A DNA stretch of 64,000 nucleotides from Octopus bimaculoides (taxonomy: Eukaryota). The notes beneath the pieces are model-generated. The model worked only from the letters and a program-made list of their open reading frames with translations, did no database searches and was not told where the DNA came from. This document shows positions 25,991-40,880 of this stretch, one piece after another. Numbering within the stretch: the stretch's first letter is position 1; the number at the start of each line of letters is the position of its first letter. Position numbers and translations under genes: made by a program. Location of the stretch: NCBI RefSeq assembly GCF_001194135.2, contig NC_068983.1:19331977-19395976 (forward strand). The letters are read 5' to 3'.

Positions 25991-26641
25991 ATACCCCACC
26001 AAACACATATATATACACATTTATATGAATATTTTGAAATTTGACATCAACGGCACACACACACACACACGGACGGATATACACAAACACGCATATGCAA
26101 ACACAAATATGATTGTATGCATAAGTGTGTATGTAACCTCTAAAGATCACATATCTGCACTATTATTTATTATCTTTCGTGTATGTTACTTGACCATTAT
26201 ATCTGCATCTCCATCATTTCAATATTGATTTCACTCAGGCTTTTATTGTTTTGTATAACAATCGCTGATTATTCGTCGCTGTTATTTGTCGTTAGAATAT
26301 CAGTATCACCAGATGTTGATATCATTAGAAGTAGTTATAGAAAAGTGTGATACATATAATTTATACGATTTCTGCTTTTCTTACCATACTGTGCCATAAT
26401 CAACATTACATTATCATTATTAAGATTTGAGATCTTCTTCTTCCCTCAAGGTGTTTTCTGAGTAAGCTGTAGCATTAATTTAATTTTTGCTGCAAAATTC
26501 ATTGATGTATTTTCTGTCAATGACCGTAATCAAACAACTTATATATGTTTGTTCAGTGTGTGTATGTGTCTGTATACATATACATACATAAATACAACAT
26601 GCATACATACATACATACATACATATACATACACCCCCGCC

Positions 26642-26691
<50 letters not shown>

Positions 26692-27080
26692 NNNNNNNNN
26701 NNNNNNNNNNNNNNNNNNNNNNNNNNNNNNNNNNNNNNNNNNNNNNNNNNNNNNNNNNNNNNNNNNNNNNNNNNNNNNNNNNNNNNNNNNNNNNNNNNNN
26801 NNNNNNNNNNNNNNNNNNNNNNNNNNNNNNNNNNNNNNNNNNNNNNNNNNNNNNNNNNNNNNNNNNNNNNNNNNNNNNNNNNNNNNNNNNNNNNNNNNNN
26901 NNNNNNNNNNNNNNNNNNNNNNNNNNNNNNNNNNNNNCGATAAGCCAGCTGGAGGAGATGTCCTCCTGGGGCTAAAGCAACAGTAACGTCCACCCCTAGG
27001 GGTCAGCCACACTTAAGTGGCAATACACTTCACTTTATCGTGCAGTTACTGTTAATACTTCATTTAGAGAATTACCATTG

Positions 27081-27122
<42 letters not shown>

Positions 27123-27529
27123 TACCATTCGTTTATGTTATTTCTGGTAAAGACACATCTTTCATATAAGAAATTTTATTCTGAAAGATGATTCAGTTTG
27201 TGTGGGTAGTTAAAATATTGATTTCAAATACAAATGTCTTTCATTAGTCGGCCAGCGTATCTAGAAGTGTTAACTAACCGGTCTAAGTGCCAATTAACAC
27301 AAGCAGAATTTCATTAGCATATAATATAAGATGTAGTTAACTATTATATTCATTAGAATACGACACGGCTTGTGGTAATTCGCTCCTGAATTATTTTTTT
27401 AAAAATTTACCATATATTTAGAGACTATTTTCAACACTGTAATATATTCATTAATTAATATTTCTTTACTCTGCATCCTTTATTGTTGTGGCTGTAATAT
27501 TGATTTGAAATCTGTTACAAGGCAAGCAA

Positions 27530-27950
27530 TTTCAGGAAAGGCGGTAAGCTATCGATACGAACTTGAGTGTTATACTGGTACTTATTTTATGGAACCCTTA
27601 TTGACGAATGGCAATGGTCGCAGTCGTCGAAATTTAAATTCAGAGTGTAAAAACGGACGAAATACCGATAAGCAATTTTCCCTGTGTACTAACGATTCCA
27701 CCAACACGCCGCCTTATGTTATGGCTGCAATATTAATTAATTCGTTAAGGTGGTGAGCTGAGAGAAGCGTTAACAGGCCGAGCAAAATGCTTAGCGGGAT
27801 TGTGTCTGTCTTTACGTTCCCAGTTCAAATTTTGCCAATATCTACTTAGTCGTTCATCCTTTCGGTGTCGATTAAATAATTGCCAGGTGATGTAACCGAC
27901 TAACCTCCTCCCGCAAAACTGCTGGCCTTGAGCTAAAATTTTAAAAGAAT
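27530..27950. mobile_element. Two old family-B SINE copies head-to-head (minus 27530-27715; plus 27745-27950)
   Basis: actggtacttatttt...gacgaaataccg.taagca on one side; ggtgagctg..agaagcgtta..aaatgcttagcgg..gttcatcctttcggtgtcgat on the other. Confidence 0.65.
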
Positions 27951-28039
27951 ATTAAGTCCGGAGTATCACATTAAACTGCATCTGGAGGTTAGGCCTCATT
28001 TCGTGAGTTCTGTATTTCAGGCGGACGTGAAAACCCTAC

Positions 28040-30830
28040 TTAATTACCATTACTCCCAGGTCCGATCTGAACCGGAAGGGTAGTATCTGTTAGGGTAACA
28101 TCTAAGGGTTCATTTTTGTAAGATTAAATTTAGCTACTTAGCTGCAGTGAGAACAATCAGTTTGAGGGAAGGAAAACTCCAAAATTAATACCGTCTTCCA
28201 TCATGCGCTAATCTAGCGCTCCGACGAAACTAATATGAGTTAAGTCGAGCAATGTAGATTCAGATCTGAGGGGCCTTCTCCAGAACCTGAACAGGTAATC
28301 AGAAGGGCACATCAGCAGTTGAGAACTTGACGTGACATATACGACCAGGAGCTAACTAAGGCAACCTTGATCTAAAGTGCAACATGCGATCTGAGAAAAT
28401 ACTGTAGAAAATTTGCTTTATGTAGTCAAAGAAATGAATTGGAATATGATTGGTTTCTCTGAAACGAAGGTGAAAGGATAAAAAATTGAGATACGTGAGA
28501 AAACTGGTCACAAACTCTGCGTATCAAAGAATGAAACTACTAGATCAAATGTTGGTTTTCTTGTTAATACAACATGCTTACCACTTATTTATAGCTATGA
28601 ATCAATTTCTGACAATTAGCATTTGTAAGGCTAAAAGGAAAATTTTCAAAACTTGTCTTCATGCAATGCTACTTCCCAATTTAGCGCACTCTGAAGAAGA
28701 CGTTCTTGAACTTTATGGCAGCCTTCAAGTGATAGTTCATGATACTCCCTTAGAAATCAGTTTGTCATAATGAGTGACTTCAACAGCAAACTTTGCAAGC
28801 TATATAACACGTATCCTTCTGTAGAAGGCAAGCATACAGTTGGCAATGGAGATTCACGAGAGGAAAGATTTGTAAATTTCTACATCGGAAATCACCTTTT
28901 AACAAACATGATGTCTCAAAAGAAAATCCTTCATAAACGACACTCACTGGATCGAAATCCACAAAACGAAATTGACTTTATATTAACACAAAAGCCATTA
29001 GTTCACCAGCGATTTCTTAATCAAAGTTCCAGACATTTCCCATGGTTATCAAGAAAATCAGAATAAGCTTCTCCTGGATAAAGTAACGGACTACTAATCC
29101 AAAATATGAGCTAAAACAATTAAACAACTCTGACATTTCACATTTCACAACAATTCCAAATTGAACGACGAAATCATTTATCCTTCCTGGAAAATACCAG
29201 ATACAGTAATATTGTTAAAAAATTTCATCAAAGGAATGCTGGAATCTGCGTCAAAAGCCTATCCAAGATCAATCAGGACCAACCTATATGGATGTCTAAT
29301 AAAACACAAGATGCAATCAGAAGCAAACAAAAAATAAGGAAAGAAAAGGGACCAAAATTTGCTCGTCGAAAATTCCAAAAGCAGAATCCAAAAATTAAGG
29401 CTGAAAATGCTAGAAAATTCAGGATAATACTTAAAAACCTTACCAACAATTCCTTGTTGAGCTGAAAGGGCTCTAATCAAAACCTAAAATAATAGCTGAG
29501 GAGTCATAAACCGAAATGGTAATCTTCTGAACATGAAAGGATGAAATTCTTGCAATCCTGAAAAATGAAGTTGACGCTGCCATAAATGTCATGAAATATC
29601 GGAAAGGCCCTTGTCCTGGTAACATCTGTCTTGATAACATTCACTCAAAATACCTGAAAGCTGGCGCAAGCATACCCTCCCTCCCCACGAAAGGTCTTTT
29701 ATACTTCTTCAATCAAATGCTAGTCACAGGCATTTTAAAAAGGCACTACAGTAGTTCTTTGCAAAAAGAAAAATAACCTTCAATGTGGTAATTATCACCA
29801 AATACCTTTGTTAAACAGTATTTATAAGGATTTTATAACTGCTATAACAATACGAATAAAACATGACTGGTATGCATCCTTCCCACCCCTTATTCAAGGT
29901 TTTTACAACCTCGGCAGAGAAAACATAGAACAGAAATTTGCTCTTGAACAAATAATTGATAAATCCATAGAATTCATGAGCAGTGTATAAAAGAGTCAAA
30001 GACTTCATCAAACCAGTTACCAGTGTTAAGTTTCCATGTCTAAGAAAATTTCTTGAAAGCACCGAAATCAACAAAAGATACAAAAAATTATTGAGACACA
30101 CAATATTCTAAAGGTCTTCATCAAGTCCGATATTGGTACCACCATATCTTTCAATATCTTAAAAGGACTGAAGAAAGGAGAGATATTTTCAGCTTATTCT
30201 CATTTGTATTGTAATCGCCACAATACTTACTAAAACTGAAGATGAATGCCCATTTGGATTCTCAATCGGCAGACACACCCACTCCAATATCAATTACGCC
30301 GGTGATATTAATACAAAGACATAGAATCCTGAGAAGACGTAAATCATTTGTCGATTCTCTTAGAAAATATGCCTGCAGAAGCCGGGCTTTTTATTAGCGT
30401 ATCTAAAACAGAATATACGACAGCATAAATTTAGTCCGGACAAAAACCTTACAATATATCGCAAATCAGTAAAGAAAACATCTGAATTCTCCTACCGGAC
30501 AAAAACAATAATCTCTTCAAAGACGATGAAATGACAGCTGCAAACCATAAAATTCGACCTATTTGGGCAGCCCTGAGATATGAATAACATTCATCTTACT
30601 TCAAAAGGAATCCGATACCACATAAAATTAAGTATCTACAATAGCTACGTTCTTCCAATGGTTTTATATGGACTAGAATGTGCCAGCTGGACTTCTGTCG
30701 CACTGCAGAAGCTGGAAGTCTTTCAGAATCATGTACTATGACATCCTAACACGAAGGCATGAACCATGTTATAACTGAAAAATATAAGGAAATTAACAAA
30801 ATTACCGCCAACTCAAACCGTTTGGCGATA
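28040..30830 (+). mobile_element. Near full-length, heavily decayed RTE-type LINE (APE plus RT)
   Basis: EMNWNMIGFSETK, AHSEEDVLELY, SDFNSKL, QNEIDFIL, GPCPGNI..YLKAG, GDIFS, INYAGDI, VLYGLEC-like; 5' UTR motif gagggaaggaaaactc; many stops and frameshifts. Confidence 0.75.
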
Positions 30831-31628
30831 CTAAGCGAATGGTGTGTGACGTCAGCAAGATCGGTTTGGAATGCATGATTAATTGATAGAGATGGAAAGA
30901 GAACAATACAGTATGGACATATTTTGACATGGTTTCCTTTAATACCCTTTCTAAAGGTTAAATAACATGGAGGTAACTATTTTATGTTCGTGCGCATTCT
31001 ATTTCAGACCTAGATAGTGAGGATTAATTATTAACTATATCACGCATATCTCAACTTTGACAAAAGTGACTAAGTACAACTATTGGAACATATTTCATTC
31101 TCTTTTCCACAAAACAAGACTTCAAATTTTAGATAAAAACTTTATCTACCGACGATTAATAATGTTTCCTATCAATTGACATATTACTGAATTCATTGTT
31201 ACAATCCATCAGTAGATATAGTGTGTGTCCATTATATAATTAAGGCTTATTCTTTGTATATATATGAATCATTTCTTTTTTAGATTCTTCTATTCTTTCC
31301 TTCACAACTGGTTTTTAGTACATTTGAATATTTATTCATGAAGTACTCCTTAACCTTTGATGCTAACATCTGTATCACTTGGTATCATCGCATAATTGTA
31401 TGAATACTACTTGGTGTAACTTTTTCAACTTGGCACACAATGAATTTCTCCTAAAATTAAAAGCAGTTATTCTTTCGTTAGTGCAATTCAATATCTGTGC
31501 AGTGTGACCTATTTTCAACCATTCAGTAATTATCCTTTGCATCATATCATTTACCTTACTTGTTTCATTCATTGGACTGCGGTTACACACACACACACAC
31601 ACACACACATACACACACACACACACAG

Positions 31629-31680
<52 letters not shown>

Positions 31681-33012
31681 GTGCGTGTGCGTATGTGTAT
31701 AGATGTATAGAGTTTATATGTGTGTGTGTTTGTGTGCGTATATTCCTCATGCATTCCAAAACCGAGTTGCTGATTTTGACGTATGGGGTATGAACAAATT
31801 CAGTAAGATTTTGTTTTGGCTCCCAAATAAACTATATTTTCATTCCCATATTTGCATTACAAAAATTTAACATTCTCATTGTTCTTTTAGTCACCTATTG
31901 TAAACATCTTTTTACCACCACCGTTGACTGACAGGCATATGTGTGTGACGGCGTTTGTGTCTGTCAGTATACATACATTTTTGTGACGATTAACACACAC
32001 ACACACACTTCTAAAAACAAAGACAGACACACACAGGGACGGGGATAGGCTTGAGGTGTGTGTTAATGTATGTATGTGTGTGTCTTTGTAAATGTATATG
32101 CCTTTACTCCACCATCACGAAACAGTGAAATGCGCTGATATTGAAAGTTACAACGACCAGGTTTCATTAGAAAGTCAAAACCGTTTCACACTTTCAATTT
32201 GAACTAAAATTACAGTTTTGGATTACGAGACTAACGATGTGTGCATAATGAAAGTATGGTTTCTCCGAATTAGTCCCATCTCTATAATAATAAAGAAAGT
32301 TACTTAGGCGATCTTTCGTTTTCACTTGTAGAGCTGTCGTCTACGCTCGTTAAGTTTCGCAATTTTTTATTTATTTATTTACTTTTGTTTTAACGTGAAA
32401 GATGTATGTACGTGTATATGAAATGGGCGTGTGTGAGAGACAGAGAGAGAGAGAGAGAAGAAGAGATAGAGGGAGAGAAAGGGAGAAAGAGAAAGTGAGA
32501 GAGAGGAATGGAGAAAGAGAGAGAAAGAAAGAGAGTGGCTGAAAGGGCTTGTTGTCATGTATACGTACATATATCAATACATATGCATGCATCTTTTTTG
32601 TAAGTACATATGCGTCTGTGTGAGAGAGAAAGGGAGAGAGTGAGTGAGTGAACATGTGTGCTCTCATATATGTGTAGGTGGCACTCACTCTCTCTGTCTT
32701 TTTCGCATGCACACACACACACTTCAATTTCATATAAACGTTCATACATCTTTCACTTTGTCCTGTCTTTCACTTTAAAACAAAAGTAAATAAATAAAAA
32801 TAAATTACGGAAATTAACGGACAAAACAGCTGATCCGGATGACAGTTCGTTGACAACTTTGAAAGTTATAACGAAACATAGCCGCAACGCATGTGTAGAA
32901 TTCTACTCAAACAAACATTTATGATCACGTACACATATTCTATTAAAATAAGTCATAACCGCAAAAAATGCATTAAAAAGCATCCATTTCTCTATATTCT
33001 ATGACAAAATAC

Positions 33013-33080
<68 letters not shown>

Positions 33081-33380
33081 GCACAAAAAATATGTAGGCA
33101 TATGTATTTATGGGCGAATGCAAAGAATATGCACACCCCGTGTTTAGGGTTAGGTTTACACTGAAAACGGGTGGTGTACGTATTCTTTACCTCGGCTTAT
33201 TTATGTACGTGTATATGAAAGATACTGTGTATGTGTGTGAGATAGATTGAGAGAAAGAAAGAAAGAAAGAAAGAAAGTCAGAGAAAGAGAGAGAGAGTGA
33301 GCGCCACATGCACATACATGCAAAAAATTCATACATCACAACACACACCTTCACTCACTCACTCACCCAATATCTTTCTC

Positions 33381-33420
<40 letters not shown>

Positions 33421-33430
33421 NNNNNNNNNN

Positions 33431-33476
<46 letters not shown>

Positions 33477-34049
33477 TGTTTTCATATATACGTACATCTT
33501 TCAATTTCCCTCTCTTTTACTCTCTCTTCTCACTTCAAATAAAATATCGCCTTTTCACTTTATCCTCTCTTTCAATTTCTGCTTTTTTTTCAAAGCATAA
33601 ATAAATTAAAAATTTTTACGGAATTAACGAACAATCATATGATCCCATATAGCAGCAACAGCTATCTTCCAATATCCTGTCCGACGACGTGGCCTGATAC
33701 ACAATTATTATAAATGATGTTGCTTCCAATCGAAAAGTGGACGTGAATTCACTTGACCAACAGACGCCTAAAATCTAGAAGCCATATTGAATTTGATCAA
33801 AATTCTGTTCTCTTTTTAGATTGCTGACGCTCGTCCTAAGAGCCTAGGAAACAGTAGGTTCCATGTAGATCGGTTAAACTATTATAAAATAATATAAGTA
33901 ACTCCTGCCAAACATAGTGAGCGCCACTTTCGTTCGTTTATACACAGTCTCGTATATAAGGTAGCATGAAACTGACTAGACCGAAATAGGATATATTATC
34001 AATCTCTAGTATGATATAAAGTATTCATTTTGCGACAGTTACCTGCTGA

Positions 34050-34378
34050 GACCTCCTTTCGGTCATGACTGACCATGTGATTGTTCCTAGAAAGTTACCC
34101 TCCGAGGCACAAGTCCGGGCAAGATTGTTTTATCGAAGACCAGCAGTCGCCCATGCATACCGGCCTCCCCTCTCTACGCCACCGGTGTTATCCAAGGGAA
34201 AGGCAATGCCGATACTGCTTCGCACTTGTCACGTCGCAACTCATTTCTACAGCTGAGTGAACTGGAGCAAGGTGAAATAAAGTGCCTTGCTCAAGAACAC
34301 AACACGTAGCCCGGTCCGGGATTCGAACTCAGAACATCACGATCGTAAGCTTGACGCTCTAACCACTGAGCCATGCGG
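34050..34378 (-). mobile_element. Full-length tRNA-derived CORE SINE (family C)
   Basis: Minus: GCATGGCTCAGTGGTTAGAGCG (A box), GAGTTCGAATCC (B box), GTGTTCTTGAGCAAGGCACTTTA (CORE-like); tail GTCATGACCGAAAGG. Confidence 0.85.
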
Positions 34379-34605
34379 TTTCACAGTTACCTATAAAGAG
34401 GTATATATGTAAGCATGTATATACACACACATATACATCCATATCTATATATCTATATACACACACATATATATGTATATATATGCCCGTGTGAGTATGT
34501 ATATACATATATATATATAATAATATTAGGGGCAAAATCCAAAATTACAGGTAAAAAACTCAATTAAAATCAATTTATAAAAAATTAAAATTAAATTGAA
34601 CCTAA

Positions 34606-34652
<47 letters not shown>

Positions 34653-36147
34653 TACGTACATACACACAAACACACACACACACACACATACACACACACA
34701 CACATATATATAATATGTGACAGTTGGTTGTAATAATAAAACTCAGATGTTCGTGTGCCGTAGCTGAAGGTATGGTATTCGCTATCTACTGCCACTAGGT
34801 GTTTGTTTACTGCTGACGATAAAGAACGAATTCAAATTCATTTAAAATAGTTCGTTTTCTAGTACGTCGGCACTTACCTCAGTCTCAATAAAAAAAAACT
34901 AACCAAAGTAACTCGCAATTTGATGGAGACTGGACGGATGCTGTTTTAACGACGAATAAAGACTACAATTATTGCTAGTACATGAACATACCTTTTTTAA
35001 ATGTTACTATCATCTCGGAGCCTCTGCAGACATCTTATCTACGATGTTTTTTTGTTTTTTTCATGTCTCTTAATATTTTCTGCTATCTAATTCTAACTCA
35101 TATTAAAATGTATTATACTAATGTGCATTACGAATCTTTTGATATTCAAATAGCTATTTAAGTATTTTGCATTGGAAACCGAATTACCGTGTGATACATT
35201 TTATATTTTTGATATTGATTTATATTGCTGTATTTCGTTGAAATATTCCTCTGTCGCAATATTGATTACATTTTGCAGAATTTAGTCTATACTTTTTATT
35301 CTCCAAAATGACCTATTTAAAATGTGTTGATACGATATTATTTTCGCTCATCAATATACGATTTCTCTCTCTCACTCTTTCCTCCTCTCTCTGTAAGCTT
35401 ACTGGTAAGTTCTATCGTAATATATACACATATATACATATACGTACACACACATCTACACACATACATATTTATGCGCGCACGTGAATATGTGTGTGAC
35501 AGAGATATCATGTATATACATAATCGATCTATAAACATATTTATCTTTAATCTAATTACTCATCTGTAAATATATTACTACTGAATAATTTCTTAGAACT
35601 ATTTCTTTCATTTATCGAATATTCTTCACAATAAAAACTAGACTATTTACAATCAGAACAAATTGTAATTCAGGATCATTCATTGTAATTTTCTGCATGC
35701 TAATGAATATTCCATTTTGTCCTCTAAGTTATGATTCTTGAAACATCTGTAATTTCCCATCAAAATCAAGTTGACTGATTTCTTGCAATATAACATGTAT
35801 ATCAATATCACGTGAGATCCATTGAAAAGTAATTTATATACAACAGTTAATTTTGAAGTTAAATATGATGTCATTTGCTAGAATATATGGATTCAAATGT
35901 TATTTTTATAAGACACCTCAATAGGTCTGTCGTGTTAGGAGATGCAGTGCAATGCACGAGTTGCCATTTAAAATATGTAGTCTCGTGGATTTTCAAGAGA
36001 AGAAGTATATTATTTCATAATGTCAACAGCAACGATATGTACCCTGTATCTATGTAGACAAATTTCCCATTACGTTATTTACCTGGTTGTGTGCTTTAGA
36101 AGCTTGCTTTACGTGAAATTTGTCTTAAGTCCGGTCTGACATCAAAG

Positions 36148-36250
36148 CAACTTGGGCAAGTGTCTTCTAATGTTGCCACGAGTCAGCCACACTTATAAAT
36201 GGTTTGCGAGACGGAAATTAAAAGAAACCCGTCGTATTTATATCTACGTG
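36148..36250 (+). mobile_element. Family-A SINE CORE fragment
   Basis: cttgggcaagtgtcttcta...gacggaaattaaaagaaacccgtcgtat. Confidence 0.7.
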
Positions 36251-37139
36251 TGTATGTCTATGACATTATTCAGTTTTGTTTCAAGATTACTTGCCAAGAG
36301 AAAAGAGCCGGTTTTTAACAAAGGTCCAAGGATCCTTCCTTGGAATTTCAACAATATCAAAAGGGTATATTTGTTTGTTTGTATGTATGTTATCAATCAG
36401 TTTCATTTCTGTATTTCTTGTCCATAGAGAAAGAGCCGGACTCTAACATAGATTCAAGGCTCCTTCATTGAAACTTTTATCAACATCATCTAGGTATTTG
36501 TGCATATGTGTGTGTGTGTGCAGTATTTGGTGTTAGTGTATGCGCAGATTTGTATGTTTGTTTTATGGATGCGTTTTTATGTCTAGATGCATGCATATGT
36601 ATTTATGTGCTAAATTTTTGGAAAGTTTTACATATCTTTACAGTTCCATTGATGGCTTGAATCTGTAGTCTTCTAATCAGCCTTTTTCTTTAAGGTTTTG
36701 AGAACCCTAATTTTTCCAGGGTTTTGTTGAGGCAGTATGTATGTATGTATGTATGTATGTATGTACATATGTATGTATTTCAGTCAGTCAGTTTGACATT
36801 AATCAGTTTTATTTCAAGATTTGTTGCCAATACAGAAAGAGCCGGTTTCTTACCTAAGTCCAAGGCTCTTTCATTGGAATTTCAAATTCAACAGAGCATG
36901 TATATATGAATGTATGTATACGTACAGATGTATGTTTTGTTTTAAGTATGCCTTCTTTTACATATACTTGCGTATCTAGACATGCTCATATATACTTAAA
37001 TTATAAAATTGTGGAACGTATTACAAATTTTTACAGTTCCTGTGATGGATTGGATCTGTAAGTTTTCGAATCAGTTTTCTCCTTTTTGGTTTTGAGAAGC
37101 CTAATTTCTGAAGGTTGGTACATATCACAAGTCACCAAT

Positions 37140-38400
37140 AATTACAGGTATGAATCTGAACTTGTAATTTGGATTGAGTAACTACAGATTTATTAATATT
37201 TCAATGTAGTTATTCTCTTTTTCACTAATGTTCAGCTTTATGTTAACATCCGCAGTGTAGGTGATTTCCACAACCGTACACAGTTTTTCTTCCCTATCCC
37301 AAATCATTATATCAGGTCTATTGTGCTTACATTGTATTGAGGTTTTAACGGAGACATTCCAAGTGTACTCTTTTTTATAATGAGTAGCTATGGCTTCTAT
37401 CATACTGTGCGTTCTTATTTCTTTTGCTTCGGGGTTATCCTTCTGACGGATTTCACTATAGAGTGTCTATAGCATCCTGTCTCACCGGTAGATAATACTG
37501 TGAGGACATTTTCGGACAACTGCTAATGATGTGGGTGTTATCATTGGTGTTAACTCCTTAAAGTCTGCGTCGGTTGTCACATTTTACTGCTTTTCTTGCA
37601 TGTCTTTCTCTTTTGCGCATCAGGTGTTTTGTTGATATTTCTTGTTCCTGGATTCCAAACGCATACACTTCAAACTAGGAGTTTGACAGACTGCTTTTTT
37701 GATCGATGTTACTATCATCTCTGAGCCTTCTGCAGACATATCCATGCATTGTCTTCTGATCATACACTCATCCATTCATGATATATTGCGGTAGAGTCAT
37801 GCGACTTATTTGGGCATATATCTTAGGTTATCAGACAACGAGTGCTGCTCAAGGAGCTACCTTCTCAGTCTTATGACGTTATCAGCCTAATGTATGCAAA
37901 CTTAGTCAAGGGATGCACTTTGACAGTTGGTGGTTAAAAGATGTTGCAGAAGAGATATTATACAACATTTAATGGCAGTTTGGATTGGTATTAAGCATCT
38001 GCCACCATGTTCTCGCTTTAGGTAAAGGCGGTCTACGTCACTGTTGATGTGGAAATTATGCGAGCTTGTTAGTATCTTCCGGGTTTTCACGACAATGGTT
38101 CGGATTTCATGAAGCGTCCAATTAAGCAGCCTCAATGTTGGTATAAGTACTGGCACAGCAAACAAACCGTGGGCCTCTGTTTTATTGAATGAAGTGAGTT
38201 CGAAGGTCCAAATTTTATTTATTTGGTTGTAATATTCTTCATTGACAAGTGCTTTGTTACAGGTGCCATTGTAAAGCATGTTTTCACCCACCCATTGATA
38301 ACGGTAACATTCCTCATCAGATATAAGGGAAACAGTTAAGCCATTGATGGAGATGTTGCTGGTCTTGTTTACAGTTTTCCCTCTTTTCACAATCAAATAA
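37140..38400 (-). mobile_element. Degenerate R4/Dong-type non-LTR fragment (RT thumb through RLE endonuclease)
   Basis: DVDRLYLKREHGGRCL; CKHNRPDIMIWDREEKLCTVVEIT..EKENNY..FIPVIIG. Confidence 0.85.
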
Positions 38401-38905
38401 CATTTCTTCTGATAAGTATGTATTTATATATGTATGTATGTATGTATGCATGTATGTATGTATGTATGTATGTATGTGTGTATGTATGTGTGTATGTATG
38501 TGTGTAACTAAAATACATCGTAGTGGAACTGAACCAAGTACAATTATATCACATGAAAATATTCTCTTTGCCATCCCTGTTTTAAACATTTCACTGAATT
38601 ATAAAAAAAATTCTTTACTGTTGCAGAAAATACATATTATTTCAACACATAATATATGTAAAACAAAAACACTCACTGAGAAAATATTTCAAATAAAAAA
38701 TATATAAAAAAAAATGAAGATGCATTTTCAGTAAAGAACAATTCATTTACATTTATACATACCCACATACGTATATATGCAAGGGTAGTCTTTATCTTTA
38801 GCTTAAATTAGAGACTGTGTTAGAACAACGAATACTGCGCTATGTACATTGAGAGTCTATCTAATATAGACTCATCGCGCATAAAAATGCTCGTGTATGA
38901 ATGTA

Positions 38906-38970
38906 TGTGTAGGTCTATAATGTGTAGGTCTATAATGTGTAGGTCTATAATGTATGTGTAGGTCTATAAT
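38906..38970. repeat. 15-bp minisatellite (TGTGTAGGTCTATAA) x4
   Basis: Direct reading. Confidence 0.9.
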
Positions 38971-40880
38971 TATTTTATGTGCATGGATATTTTCATTCGT
39001 ATATATGCATGCATTTGCATAAAATCTGTTAAGTATTTTATCTAATATGAGTATTCCGCAATAACTTCTACACATGCAGTCATGCATACATACATATACA
39101 CATATATATGTATGTATGTATATATATATATATATATATATNNNNNNNNNNNNNNNNNNNNNNNNNNNNNNNNNNNNNNNNNNNNNNNNNNNNNNNNNNN
39201 NNNNNNNNNNNNNNNNNNNNNNNNNNNNNNNNNNNNNNNNNNNNNNNNNNNNNNNNNNNNNNNNNNNNNNNNNNNNNNNNNNNNNNNNNNNNNNNNNNNN
39301 NNNNNNNNNNNNNNNNNNNNNNNNNNNNNNNNNNNNNNNNNNNNNNNNNNNNNNNNNNNNNNNNNNNNNNNNNNNNNNNNNNNNNNNNNNNNNNNNNNNN
39401 NNNNNNNNNNNNNNNNNNNNNNNNNNNNNNNNNNNNNNNNNNNNNNNNNNNNNNNNNNNNNNNNNNNNNNNNNNNNNNNNNNNNNNNNNNNNNNNNNNNN
39501 NNNNNNNNNNNNNNNNNNNNNNNNNNNNNNNNNNNNNNNNNNNNNNNNNNNNNNNNNNNNNNNNNNNNNNNNNNNNNNNNNNNNNNNNNNNNNNNNNNNN
39601 NNNNNNNNNNNNNNNNNNNNNNNNNNNNNNNNNNNNNNNNNNNNNNNNNNNNNNNNNNNNNNNNNNNNNNNNNNNNNNNNNNNNNNNNNNNNNNNNNNNN
39701 NNNNNNNNNNNNNNNNNNNNNNNNNNNNNNNNNNNNNNNNNNNNNNNNNNNNNNNNNNNNNNNNNNNNNNNNNNNNNNNNNNNNNNNNNNNNNNNNNNNN
39801 NNNNNNNNNNNNNNNNNNNNNNNNNNNNNNNNNNNNNNNNNNNNNNNNNNNNNNNNNNNNNNNNNNNNNNNNNNNNNNNNNNNNNNNNNNNNNNNNNNNN
39901 NNNNNNNNNNNNNNNNNNNNNNNNNNNNNNNNNNNNNNNNNNNNNNNNNNNNNNNNNNNNNNNNNNNNNNNNNNNNNNNNNNNNNNNNNNNNNNNNNNNN
40001 NNNNNNNNNNNNNNNNNNNNNNNNNNATATATATATATATATATATATACGTATGTACGTATATATAGTAATACAGCGACATACACACAATGTAACATAT
40101 ACACACACACTCACAGGTTTGTCTGTGTGTGTGAGTGTGTGTGTGTGTATGTGTGTCCTTACACGTGCACCTTGGTGCTAAATCCTTGAACTGAGTGTAG
40201 ATATGAAAATATAAATCTACGTATACGTTCCTATAAATCTAGATTTTCGTTTGTGTATGTTAGCTTCCGTGTACTGTGTATATATTTAGTTTTTCCTTCA
40301 GCAATCGCTATTCATTATTTCTAAATGATTCAAACACGTAAGGCATGCTATTGTGTGGACTGATCGACTGAGTTGTGCATCTACTATTTGTGATTATCAA
40401 TGAATATTTGGATTGAGTACAATATGTTTATAAACATTTTTTCGATATGTTGCTAAATAATACCTGAATGCCAATCGTGATGACGTTGTGAACCAATGGA
40501 TAGCCTGGAAAATATTACATATTTGTATAATAACGACGGAAGTAAATACGTATGTTTATACAGAAATGAAGGCCAACTATTATTCCGGTATCTATGGAAT
40601 AGAACTAAAAGATAAATGAGAAACTTAAACAGACAAACGCATATCATGCACACATACCTATAGAGCGAATTGATTTGATGCTATCTCTCTTGTGCACGTG
40701 ATATGATTTTGTTTGCGCTGTATTTTTTTAGAATATGCCACGTGATTCATTAAAGAATTACCAAGTAAATACCGATACTGAGGAAAATTTATTATTATTA
40801 TTTTTTTTGTATATCGCGTATATTACTCTGAAAAGGACTGTTATTTCTAGGTGCATGTGTACATGTATATATATATATAT

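Noticed and set aside
38872-40189. Long ORFs of 330-500 aa here and at 42670-43841, 49445-50155 and 57972-59478
   Set aside because: Composed of N-runs and dinucleotide repeats; only the TE-derived flanks are meaningful.
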